From IMG/VR virus record IMGVR_UViG_3300031784_002315, positions 1 through 64,000 of that record: a stretch of 64,000 nt of DNA. One strand, given 5' to 3'. This document shows, in pieces, positions 49,217 to 58,314 of this stretch (positions are counted from its first letter, which is position 1; each line of letters begins with the position of its first letter). This DNA comes from an uncultured virus (IMG/VR IMGVR_UViG_3300031784_002315). Taxonomy: Duplodnaviria > Heunggongvirae > Uroviricota > Caudoviricetes. Under the pieces are notes generated by a model. The model saw only the letters and a list, made by a program, of their open reading frames with translations. It did no database searches and was not told where the DNA came from. Position numbers and translations under genes: made by a program.

Positions 49217-50287
49217 TTATGGAAATTTTAAATCTAACTCTAGGATATTCATCAACTCTAGCATTTCATCTTGATGATAGTTGTAAAAATGCTGTTGATG
49301 ATATGGATGCCACGATTGTTTTATTAAACTATCAGGATAATATTGCAATCTAAATGCAAGTCTGTTCGGATTTCCAGGATGCTTTCTTCTATGTAATGTT
49401 ATCGAATTATCAAATAAACAAATCTCATTGTCTTGTAAGTACATGTGATCGTAAATATATTTTTCAGTTAACAATTCTCGGTCAATTTCTGCAAAAACTT
49501 TATCGCTATCATATTTACTCATACCTTTAATTCCAACAACAGAATTAAGTGTATAATGCAGTCCTTTGATTCCGCCCGGACTTGTAATTACCAAGGGTAC
49601 TTCAGCCCCGTCAACTGGTGCAAATTCTTTTCTTATGTTTTCTCCAAAACTTGGATCATCTTTTTCGAGTTCATTAATCCCTCCAGGAATGTATGCGTGA
49701 ACTAAAATCATTTCGTTAAGTTCGCTTCTAAAACTTTCAGAGATTGACTGATAATAATCAGCAGTTTGTAGAAATCCTGTAGAACTACCTACCATATACT
49801 CTCCGCCCATCAATGCAACTCCGGGAGTAAAGTTAATTACAGACGATTCGTTACTGTGCCAATATAACTCGCCAGATGAAAAGTTGCCCATTGGGTTACC
49901 GTATTCATCTCTTTTGCCACAAACTCGTGTTAATGTATTACCATGTTCAGTATGTTCAATATAAAACTGTTTCATTTTAATATAACGTTCGTCTTCTGAT
50001 GATACATTAAATTTTTTGTAATGTTCTTGAATTCTACCATCAAAATCTTGACCGTATTTTTTTTGAAAGTGCTTGCGAGACATTGTTGCACCGATAAAAG
50101 GACCCCATTGCCGAATTCTGTTATAGTACTGATCTTTAGTAATTTTAACGTTTCTTAGAATAGTTACTAAATCAGTTAAATGAAATTTTCCAATTTCTGC
50201 CCATTCTTCATCTGTGATATTATCAAAGTCTAAGTCGTCAATATAATGTCCATATGAACCTAAACCGGGAATTTTTGATACTTTCAT
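49217..50287 (-). CDS. TauD/TfdA-like dioxygenase
   Basis: WHSNE, T.F, FDNSITLHRR, R; start ATG 50287 after AGGAGA, TAAATA at 50319-50314. Confidence 0.75.
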   Translation of the reverse strand: MKVSKIPGLGSYGHYIDDLDFDNITDEEWAEIGKFHLTDLVTILRNVKITKDQYYNRIRQWGPFIGATMSRKHFQKKYGQDFDGRIQEHYKKFNVSSEDERYIKMKQFYIEHTEHGNTLTRVCGKRDEYGNPMGNFSSGELYWHSNESSVINFTPGVALMGGEYMVGSSTGFLQTADYYQSISESFRSELNEMILVHAYIPGGINELEKDDPSFGENIRKEFAPVDGAEVPLVITSPGGIKGLHYTLNSVVGIKGMSKYDSDKVFAEIDRELLTEKYIYDHMYLQDNEICLFDNSITLHRRKHPGNPNRLAFRLQYYPDSLIKQSWHPYHQQHFYNYHQDEMLELMNILELDLKFP

Positions 50288-50368
50288 TTTATCTCCTGTG
50301 GTATTATTTCTAATATTTACTGCAAACAAAAACATAGTTACTCAATTGTGATACTACTAAATATTACA

Positions 50369-51349
50369 ATGAGTCAACCATACCTGAGATTTTTAGATAT
50401 TTACTGCGGTGCTTATTGTAACTTAGCCTGCAATCATTGTGATGCAAGAAGCCATGTGTTGCAAACAAAAAACTATGATCCAACATTGGATGACATATTA
50501 ACAGGCATTAAATTAGTCAAAGAAAAATTTGATATAATCTATTATGGTACTTCAGGTGGTGAACCGTTACTGTATTTAGATCGAATTACAGAAATATTTA
50601 AATTTATAAAAAGCATAGATCCAGATGCTGTACTTTTACTACCAACCAATGGAACACTTATTGATAAAAAACTCAATGAACTAGTTGCGTTAATAAAACA
50701 GTTTGATGTTAGTGTTTTTGTATGTGACCATTTTTCAGGATTTGAAGATAAAACACTTTCAAATAAAGTTAAACAAAATTTTAAACTTTTAGCAGATGCT
50801 GTGAATTTGCCCAGTGGAAATGTGTCCGATTTTTATAAAAATCTATTCGATATAGAAAATAAAAAAAACGATATCTTGTATCAAGAGTGGTTAGACAAAA
50901 GACAAAACTTTTATGATTACATTGAAGATACTGAACAGGTATTTTATAATAAAACGTTTGTTCATTACAGAGAGCAAAGCACATTTAAACAAAATTATCA
51001 ATTAATTGATAATATTCCTAAACCCTTTAAAACAAACAATCCTGCCGAATCTTATCAAAACGGCTGCACCAGTGATATGTGTAGTTTTTTGATTGATAAA
51101 AAATTATACAAGTGTTCTTCTTTGGGTACATTAAATAGATTTTTAAATCATCATAATTTATTAAACGACCCAGATTGGCAAAAATATTTAAATTATAAAC
51201 CTATAAATTTAGAAAATTATAACAACGACGAAATTGATTTTTTTGATGAAACAAAATACTGCGAAATAGGAGAATGCGACATGTGTTCTGACAAAGACAC
51301 TAGTTTTTTAAAAACACCAGAATATGTTTTAAAAAAATATACAAATTAA
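50369..51349 (+). CDS. radical SAM protein with C-terminal Cys residues
   Basis: CNLACNHC, GGEP, PTNG; C...C...LYKC...CDMC; start reassigned to ATG 50369 (TAAATA 5 nt upstream). Confidence 0.85.
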   Translation: MSQPYLRFLDIYCGAYCNLACNHCDARSHVLQTKNYDPTLDDILTGIKLVKEKFDIIYYGTSGGEPLLYLDRITEIFKFIKSIDPDAVLLLPTNGTLIDKKLNELVALIKQFDVSVFVCDHFSGFEDKTLSNKVKQNFKLLADAVNLPSGNVSDFYKNLFDIENKKNDILYQEWLDKRQNFYDYIEDTEQVFYNKTFVHYREQSTFKQNYQLIDNIPKPFKTNNPAESYQNGCTSDMCSFLIDKKLYKCSSLGTLNRFLNHHNLLNDPDWQKYLNYKPINLENYNNDEIDFFDETKYCEIGECDMCSDKDTSFLKTPEYVLKKYTN

Positions 51350-52494
51350 TCTCTTGATCCACGAATTTCGTTAATCATATTTTTGTAATACTTTTTGGTT
51401 TCTTCTTCGTAAATGTCAGTATTATTATTTTTAATATAATTTAACAAAATGTTGTTCTCAGTAAAATCTTCATTTCTTATTTTATTAAGTTTATAATGAG
51501 AATATAAAAAATGTTTAAATAAATCTTTGCCACTGTCGTACATATAAGATATCAACGGTTCTTCCTTGATATACTCTTTGTAGATATCTTTTAAGTTAGT
51601 TGGCATGTGTCTTATACTTAAATATTCTGGATACTGTATTACATCGTAACCCCAATTAAACTTTGGATAATTTAAACTAAAATAGTTTTTAATATCTTCG
51701 ACATAGATAGCATTGTAAATTCCAACTGTAGTCAAAACATTTACTGAAATTTTATCTGACAATAATCTATAATAAAAATCTAAATTATTTTTTATTTCAT
51801 CAAAATTACTGTTTTTTCTAATAAAGTCGTTTAATTTTCCTATTGCATCTATGCTAATAGTAATTGTTACTTTTTTAAACTCTTTTAATATACTAAGAAT
51901 TTCTTCAGTGGGCTGTATTGTTCCATTAGTAAAAAAATCAATATAAATTTGGCTTGTATCTGCATCTTCTTTTAATTTTTTTAAGAAAGGAATAAAATGA
52001 GGACTATAAAGTGGTTCCCCGCCTGTAAGATTAATTTCTTTAATGTTTTTTAAATTTACTTCTTTATAAAATGTATTTTGAAAATATTTGCTAGAAGAAA
52101 ATGCCTCTCCGTATAACTCTTTTTCTTCTACGTGCCATAAATGACTGTTTGAACTTGCACACATTCTACATTTTAAATTGCATAGATTATCAAACATAAT
52201 ATGCAAATCTTGTAAATCTATTGTTGTTACAATTCCGTATTTGTCTAACGCTCTAGTACGCATACTATCTAAATTGTTGTTTTCTTGATCATAGCATTGT
52301 TCGCAACCTTTGATAGTTTTACCAGCAAGCATATCTGCCCGAAGTTGATCCATTTCGTTGTCAAAATACAATTTTTCAAATACGGATGTTTTATTGAACC
52401 TTCCGCCGTCCATAAATCCACAACAAGGAAGTATAGTATTTCCATTTTGCCAACTCGAGTGTACCCATGGCAACGGACAATATGTTTTACTCAT
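51346..52494 (-). CDS. radical SAM protein, N-terminal twitch-like type
   Basis: YCPLPW...PCC...CEQC; CNLKCRMC; GGEP. Confidence 0.88.
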   Translation of the reverse strand: MSKTYCPLPWVHSSWQNGNTILPCCGFMDGGRFNKTSVFEKLYFDNEMDQLRADMLAGKTIKGCEQCYDQENNNLDSMRTRALDKYGIVTTIDLQDLHIMFDNLCNLKCRMCASSNSHLWHVEEKELYGEAFSSSKYFQNTFYKEVNLKNIKEINLTGGEPLYSPHFIPFLKKLKEDADTSQIYIDFFTNGTIQPTEEILSILKEFKKVTITISIDAIGKLNDFIRKNSNFDEIKNNLDFYYRLLSDKISVNVLTTVGIYNAIYVEDIKNYFSLNYPKFNWGYDVIQYPEYLSIRHMPTNLKDIYKEYIKEEPLISYMYDSGKDLFKHFLYSHYKLNKIRNEDFTENNILLNYIKNNNTDIYEEETKKYYKNMINEIRGSRD

Positions 52495-52981
52495 ATTCAG
52501 TGACCTGCAACACTACTCTTGGCATATGTCCTATATTGGCGGCGCCATGAATATCTTGACTGTTAATGTATTCATATACGTCGCCAGCAGAATACTTTGT
52601 TAATACTAAATTTCCGTATACAAACAAATGCCCGGGTTGATAGTCTTGTAATGGCACCCAATATCGTTTACAAGTTTCATAATGTGTAAATGGGTCTGTG
52701 TGCATCGGCATAAATTGACCAGGCATTAACTTTGTGATCCACCATTCAGTTTTTCCAGTACACCAAGGCGGACTTATTTTAATATTTAAATCGTGTTCTT
52801 CGTATACCCACCAGTGCGTTGCTGTTAAATCGTATCCTGCATCTCGAGCCTTGCAATATTCAGCACTTTCAACGGCAGTTTCCGGAGGCCAATCTCTGGG
52901 TCTTGCTTGTCCTACTGTGTTTAGGACAAGTTCTCTCCACGTAGGATTGATCCAGTTTGCAAAATTACCTCGATAAATCAA
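52487..52981 (-). CDS. small Fe(II)/2OG oxygenase-like
   Basis: PMHTD...HGAAN...R. Confidence 0.7.
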   Translation of the reverse strand: MIYRGNFANWINPTWRELVLNTVGQARPRDWPPETAVESAEYCKARDAGYDLTATHWWVYEEHDLNIKISPPWCTGKTEWWITKLMPGQFMPMHTDPFTHYETCKRYWVPLQDYQPGHLFVYGNLVLTKYSAGDVYEYINSQDIHGAANIGHMPRVVLQVTEYE

Positions 52982-53793
52982 TAGTGCTCCAAATGATCAA
53001 TACCCAATTGTTCGCGAAATGAATTGCTAAACTTACAGTCAATTCTCATTCCATACTCAATTTCTTTGCTTTCTTCTCCGCCGTGCCAGTCTTGATCATT
53101 CCAAAATGCAGCATTAGCGTTTATATAATATTTGTTTTCTGTATCCGGATCCCAAATATAGAATCCACGCTTTGTTCTATAACGAATGTGAATAAATTCA
53201 TTGTTGTGTGGAGTATATTGATGATCGCCTAACACACCGTTACGTGCGTCCAAGTCTCTATGCTCAAATGCTCTGCCGTTGTGATCGCAATGAAAAAATA
53301 TTACTCTTCCGATTCTGTCGATGATTCCTGTGTGCTGTAATTCTTCCACCCATTTAACAACACCCGGAAAGTACTTCGACTCTACAGTTTTTTGGCGTTC
53401 AGCATTGCGTTCATTCCAATCACCCTGATCCCATAAAAAATAATAAGTGTAAGGGTCATTTGCACCCATTGTGGTTTTTAAGTAACGTGTAAAAATGTTG
53501 CGATTTCTAAAATCTTTTAAATCTGTAAAATACATAGGATCGCCTGTGACACGTATAGGATGTGTTTCTGGTAGTGCTAGATATTCTTCAACTGCACTAT
53601 AAATTGGTTTCCAGTTGACAATATAACTTGCATCTTTCCAATCAAACCCAGGAGTCATCCATGTGCCTTCTTTTGCATAGTCTCTTGCTAGTGCAAAACC
53701 CTTGGCAATTTCTGGATGCAGATTTTTAAATCCTTCTATATCCAAGTAAGGATCCAAGTCGATATACGGTTTTGTGCCAATTCCTCTAATCAT
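52978..53793 (-). CDS. Fe(II)/2OG oxygenase-like
   Basis: EHRD...WHGG...R; likely start ATG 53793. Confidence 0.6.
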   Translation of the reverse strand: MIRGIGTKPYIDLDPYLDIEGFKNLHPEIAKGFALARDYAKEGTWMTPGFDWKDASYIVNWKPIYSAVEEYLALPETHPIRVTGDPMYFTDLKDFRNRNIFTRYLKTTMGANDPYTYYFLWDQGDWNERNAERQKTVESKYFPGVVKWVEELQHTGIIDRIGRVIFFHCDHNGRAFEHRDLDARNGVLGDHQYTPHNNEFIHIRYRTKRGFYIWDPDTENKYYINANAAFWNDQDWHGGEESKEIEYGMRIDCKFSNSFREQLGIDHLEHY

Positions 53794-53819
53794 AAACATA
53801 CTTATCGCTAATTATTGTT
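53794..53819. promoter_or_regulatory. divergent TAAGTA / TAATTA boxes, each 5 nt from a start codon
   Basis: Minus: TAAGTA 53804-53799 then ATG 53793. Plus: TAATTA 53809-53814 then ATG 53820. Confidence 0.55.
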
Positions 53820-54530
53820 ATGAATACACAGTTTGAGTACTATTATAATAATGTACCAGGAAAAGGATTGTGCAGAAACAATCTTATATACACTAGCCTA
53901 ATTTCAAAAGATCGCAAAACTTTTTGTCAATGGTATTACAACGACGAGAATTATCACAGCGGACACAATGAAGTTGTTGATCCACGGTTAATGGAAGAAA
54001 AGTGGCACAGAGAAATTAAATTTTTAACTATTATGGCCAGACATTATCCCCAGCATGTTCCAACAATCGACACTGTAGATCACATAAACAAAAAAATATA
54101 CTTTGATATAGATGGGACGGATTTTTGGGAACAAGCACAGTGTTCTCAAAATAATTATGATAAAGTTTTACCCAACTGGCAAGAACAAATGTTGGAAATT
54201 ATTCAAGCACATGCCAGTCTCGGAATTTACAAATACAGTATGCACCCAAGCAGTTACTTTGTTGTAGACGGAAAACTAAAAAGCATTAATTATTTTTTTG
54301 CGTATGACAAAAATGACAAAACAATTAGTTTGACAGATGTAATGAGTCATATTAGTATTAATAGAAGAAATGACCTGTTACCAAAAATGACTAGGTTAGG
54401 TATTGATGTAGACAAACCTACTTCTTTTTTTGATATACAAATGTTAGCATTTGAAAGTTTTAAAACAGACTTTCCTGCCGATGCAATGGATGAAGCATGT
54501 TCCATATACAAACATACAACAACGATTTAG
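53820..54530 (+). CDS. hypothetical protein with protein-kinase-like fold features
   Basis: REIKFL...VP.I..D...IY; YKYSMHPSSY...LKSINYF at the catalytic-loop/DFG positions. Confidence 0.45.
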   Translation: MNTQFEYYYNNVPGKGLCRNNLIYTSLISKDRKTFCQWYYNDENYHSGHNEVVDPRLMEEKWHREIKFLTIMARHYPQHVPTIDTVDHINKKIYFDIDGTDFWEQAQCSQNNYDKVLPNWQEQMLEIIQAHASLGIYKYSMHPSSYFVVDGKLKSINYFFAYDKNDKTISLTDVMSHISINRRNDLLPKMTRLGIDVDKPTSFFDIQMLAFESFKTDFPADAMDEACSIYKHTTTI

Positions 54531-55105
54531 ATTTAACTGATTATTATAGTCTTGCTCGCGAAAGAGGATTTTATAATAACGACAGTAAAGAAAAACTAGT
54601 TGACACTTGGTTACATATGGACCGTTGGCAAGTATGGATCCTTTACTACAACGATCAAGTTGTAGGCTCAATTGCTGCACACAGTTTAGAAGAACTAGGA
54701 GTACTAGGTGATGCATATCGTATTGCTGCTAGAACTTGTACCTTTGACGATTTAACTGGGCAACGTAAAACTTTAAGAACAGCAAATACTATTATTGCAC
54801 GGCATCAAAATTTAACAGCACAGTTGCTATTACCATTGTGCGTCGAGTGGGCAGGCAAAGACAAAGACCTATACATAAGTTCAAACGAAAACGATACAGG
54901 AACACAAAAGTACGTTCATAGACTGTATTGCCCAGGGCTTAAAAAAGCGGGCGTATTAGAAGAACCCGTTGACTTAGAATACAGAGGTGCTATTCAAAGT
55001 TTTTGGCGTATGAATGTTGATGAATTTTATCGTCAGATGGACGAACATTGGTGGCCCGAAGCAAGAACAGCACTAGACGACTATAGATCTAAAACTTCTC
55101 TATAA
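54497..55105 (+). CDS. hypothetical protein, possibly GNAT-fold
   Basis: VVGSIAAH...YRIAARTC; co-oriented with and overlapping the previous gene. Confidence 0.45.
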   Translation: MFHIQTYNNDLDLTDYYSLARERGFYNNDSKEKLVDTWLHMDRWQVWILYYNDQVVGSIAAHSLEELGVLGDAYRIAARTCTFDDLTGQRKTLRTANTIIARHQNLTAQLLLPLCVEWAGKDKDLYISSNENDTGTQKYVHRLYCPGLKKAGVLEEPVDLEYRGAIQSFWRMNVDEFYRQMDEHWWPEARTALDDYRSKTSL

Positions 55106-55692
55106 AGTTTGTCAAGTTCTGTATGATCTGGATTTGCTCGTTTTAATTGGTCATAAACAAATGGCGTTAATTTCCAAACAAATTCCATCTGTCTAATTTT
55201 AGGATTATGCAACCAAAAATCAACGGCAGAAACTATTTCCGTATACTTAATAAAGTTGTCGCTTGTAAAAGTTAACGGATCGTTTAGATTAACATTTGTT
55301 GATTCAACAAAACTTAAATCAAGATGTAAAATATTAGCAACTCCGTCTGGTGCTAAACTTAACATCTTGCAACGCTCTGCTAATGCTTGCTTGTCATGTA
55401 CATAATCTGTTAAAATAAGTTCAGGATAGAATCTACTTACAGATCCGCAAACAACTATTCTATGAACATGCTTGTACAAGCCGTTTAGCAGTTCTAATTG
55501 TTTCCCGTCTCTATATGCATTGTTAATGAAAATATCACAGTCTTTTGCGTTTTCAATTATGCTGTCAACCGACGTTTCTAAGTCGTAGCCGTTGCTGCGA
55601 CTCATGCCAATTACTTCGGCATTTTTTCTACTAAAATAATTGTATAATTCTTTTCCAATGCCTGCGGTGTGTCCAGTAATTGCTACTTTCAT
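55081..55692 (-). CDS. short-chain dehydrogenase-like
   Basis: ITGHTAGIG, INNA, GS, YVHDK (YxxxK). Confidence 0.75.
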   Translation of the reverse strand: MKVAITGHTAGIGKELYNYFSRKNAEVIGMSRSNGYDLETSVDSIIENAKDCDIFINNAYRDGKQLELLNGLYKHVHRIVVCGSVSRFYPELILTDYVHDKQALAERCKMLSLAPDGVANILHLDLSFVESTNVNLNDPLTFTSDNFIKYTEIVSAVDFWLHNPKIRQMEFVWKLTPFVYDQLKRANPDHTELDKLYREVLDL

Positions 55693-56159
55693 AATGCACT
55701 GTAACCTATTGTGGTAATTCTAGGATTTGCTAACCAAATCTTTATACTATCGTAAACAAGTTTGTAATCATTGTAGGATGTACCTGTGAGTCTTAGATAT
55801 AGCATAGGGTGTTTAGGTTCTGCAGAAATCTTATTAAAATACAATTCTAATGTGTTTTTGTGCTGACTATAAACTAAATCGTCTGGGTCGGGGTATATAG
55901 ATGCAATACTGCCCATAACTACAATGTTTGCATGAGAATTTTCTAACGATTTTAAATAGTCAATTTGTGTTCCGTTTGCATATGCATTTAAGATAACAAT
56001 ATCATCGACTTCTACTTGAAAACAAATCTTAGCAATATCTTTTTCTAAATCATAACCATTGGATCTACTATAACCTCTAACATCGTGCATATCTGTTGTA
56101 AATGCACGATAGAGGTATTCACCTAAGCCTCGACTATGTCCTACAACGTGTACTGTCAT
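55689..56159 (-). CDS. short-chain dehydrogenase-like (minimal)
   Basis: VGHSRGLG, SRSNGYDL shared with neighbour, GS, YSQHK. Confidence 0.7.
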   Translation of the reverse strand: MTVHVVGHSRGLGEYLYRAFTTDMHDVRGYSRSNGYDLEKDIAKICFQVEVDDIVILNAYANGTQIDYLKSLENSHANIVVMGSIASIYPDPDDLVYSQHKNTLELYFNKISAEPKHPMLYLRLTGTSYNDYKLVYDSIKIWLANPRITTIGYSAL

Positions 56160-56335
56160 CCTACTAAGTCATCTAAGTTATTAAAAAAGTCGTCGCCTAA
56201 ATAAGTTTCAATAGTTGCTCTGAGATCTTCATTTTCTTTAATATTGTGTAATTTTCTCCACAGCACCACATTTGCTTGTTGTAACTGCATGAACTTTTTT
56301 AAATAAAACTCGTCTGTAATAACCGGTTCGCTCAT
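56156..56335 (-). CDS. 59-aa hypothetical protein (absent from the ORF track)
   Basis: MSEPVITDEFYLKKFMQLQQANVVLWRKLHNIKENEDLRATIETYLGDDFFNNLDDLVG; ATGA overlaps at both ends. Confidence 0.75.
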   Translation of the reverse strand: MSEPVITDEFYLKKFMQLQQANVVLWRKLHNIKENEDLRATIETYLGDDFFNNLDDLVG

Positions 56336-57207
56336 TTTTCTAACTCCGTACGAGAATTATAACCTACTCTAGGCTGATCAGAAAAGAAACATGCCGACAC
56401 CCACTTTGTTCCTTCTGTGATAATTTTACTTTCGTGTATTGTGCTCCAATTGGTTTCTTCATCGTAACACTGTTTAAAATATAAGAACGAGCCTGCTTTT
56501 GGTGTTACCGATACACCCAATTTAGGAAAGTTTGTTTCTCCGCCAACAAAGTTATCGTTGAGATAAAATACTCCGGATCCTACTCTATCGCCGCCGTGCT
56601 TGTAATAATTAATCTGTCTTGGATCATACGGATAATCGTGATGAAGATCCAAAAACTGTCCAGTTTCATAATTGTAAATATCACAGGCTTCAATATGGCT
56701 AAAAGGTATTTCAGCATATTTTACAATTGTACTTGCAACTATATCATAATGTCGAGGATCCATGCCTAAACTAATTCCACGTTGCTCAACTAATTCAGTT
56801 ACTTGTGCAAAACTTTCACGACGTGATTCTGCTCCACTGTTTGGATTCATTTTATCTCGTTCATGTTTTGCAATAATCGCATTGCAAATTTCAACTGGCA
56901 ACGCATTTTCAAAAACCACAATACTAGGAATATCAAGATATGTTACTACATTTACATCGGTACCTAAATCTTCAAGGAACTCTTTTGGGTTTCTGTCTGT
57001 TTTTCCAATAACTTTAACATCTTTAGCAATTGCACCATACTCGGCGTCTTGCTCTCTATTGAACTCAACAGTTTGCATTTCAAATAACACCTGCGGTTCG
57101 TGCTGTATGCTATCTTGTTCAACAATAACTAAAGCGTTGTCATTGTCTGCTACAATAAACCCATAACGCTTTGCATCGTTATACCATTTAATTACACCTG
57201 TTTCCAT
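56332..57207 (-). CDS. cold-shock domain fused to a prolyl-4-hydroxylase-like 2OG-Fe(II) oxygenase
   Basis: N-terminal TGVIKWYNDAKRYGFI; C-terminal LHHD...YLND..GGET.FP...HE..I..G.KW. Confidence 0.8.
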   Translation of the reverse strand: METGVIKWYNDAKRYGFIVADNDNALVIVEQDSIQHEPQVLFEMQTVEFNREQDAEYGAIAKDVKVIGKTDRNPKEFLEDLGTDVNVVTYLDIPSIVVFENALPVEICNAIIAKHERDKMNPNSGAESRRESFAQVTELVEQRGISLGMDPRHYDIVASTIVKYAEIPFSHIEACDIYNYETGQFLDLHHDYPYDPRQINYYKHGGDRVGSGVFYLNDNFVGGETNFPKLGVSVTPKAGSFLYFKQCYDEETNWSTIHESKIITEGTKWVSACFFSDQPRVGYNSRTELEK

Positions 57208-57211
57208 CGGT

Positions 57212-57748
57212 TCACCACAAATTTAAAAGATACTTAGGAGTTATTCCGCAGTTGGTTCCGGCATGCCAATATCTCCTGCTATCCCAACGATAGGTTGATC
57301 CTTGTTCTTCATTATAAAAACACTTTTTGTCGGCGATAAACACATGCCCCCACTCCGGCTTACCAATATGACAGTGATATCTACAGGTATCGCCTAATGT
57401 TGCTTCGTCGTCATGTACATCCCAGTGTATCGGAGCAAACCTTCCAATGTTAATTCTGCTAATCCACGCAGTTTTGTAATTTGGAATTTCAAAAAATTCA
57501 ACAAACTTATCAATTACACTTTGATCAAATTGCTGCCCAGGTAAAAACATATCCCACCCAACAGTACCACCTTCTGCTACAGTTTTATACTCTGCTGCAT
57601 CCCACATATCTAATATTACATCAAGGTCAGGCAGATTGTCACCACGTTTATGGCTAGGTCCTACGTATGCAGGAGTTGTATTTGCACAATCTTCAATCAC
57701 CACATCCCAATTGATATGTTTACAATTTCCTATGTAATTTACAGTCAT
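57212..57748 (-). CDS. small Fe(II)/2OG oxygenase-like
   Basis: IHWD...WHAGTN. Confidence 0.7.
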   Translation of the reverse strand: MTVNYIGNCKHINWDVVIEDCANTTPAYVGPSHKRGDNLPDLDVILDMWDAAEYKTVAEGGTVGWDMFLPGQQFDQSVIDKFVEFFEIPNYKTAWISRINIGRFAPIHWDVHDDEATLGDTCRYHCHIGKPEWGHVFIADKKCFYNEEQGSTYRWDSRRYWHAGTNCGITPKYLLNLW

Positions 57749-58314
57749 CTCGGTCTTCCTACAAAATGAAATAGATATTGTGGATGTATTCCGCAGTTAG
57801 TTCCGGCATGCCAACTTCTATAATGGTCCCATTTATAAATTTTATGTTGCGGAATATCGTGAAACGCAGTATCTTCCAAAATTAGAACACTTCCCCAACG
57901 TGGTTTGTCTATAAAACAGACCCAACGTTCAATAGCACCTTGCTCTAGCCATTCTTGCTCGTGATCTTCTACATCCCAATGATACGGAACATTGCGACCT
58001 GGCAGTACCTCACTTACAAAAACACGAAGCGGATCTGCATTTACTAAATCAGCAAAGTTATCTTGAACGCTGATATCAAAATGATGTCCTGGATAATAAT
58101 CACTCCAAACAATTTCATCTAAATTGTATCCAGCGTTAATCCACACCCCTAATACTTCGTGATAGTTGTCTAGTAAAAATCCTTCTGCTTCGGACTCGCT
58201 TCTAGCAATAACAGCACTTGGTGTATTTCTGTCACCGTCGTTGCTGTTTATACAAAGTTCAACAACACTGTCCCAATCGATAATGCCTTCTGTTGTTCCA
58301 AAATAACTAGCCAT
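57745..58314 (-). CDS. small Fe(II)/2OG oxygenase-like
   Basis: YHWD...WHAGTN; paralogue of the previous gene. Confidence 0.7.
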   Translation of the reverse strand: MASYFGTTEGIIDWDSVVELCINSNDGDRNTPSAVIARSESEAEGFLLDNYHEVLGVWINAGYNLDEIVWSDYYPGHHFDISVQDNFADLVNADPLRVFVSEVLPGRNVPYHWDVEDHEQEWLEQGAIERWVCFIDKPRWGSVLILEDTAFHDIPQHKIYKWDHYRSWHAGTNCGIHPQYLFHFVGRPR

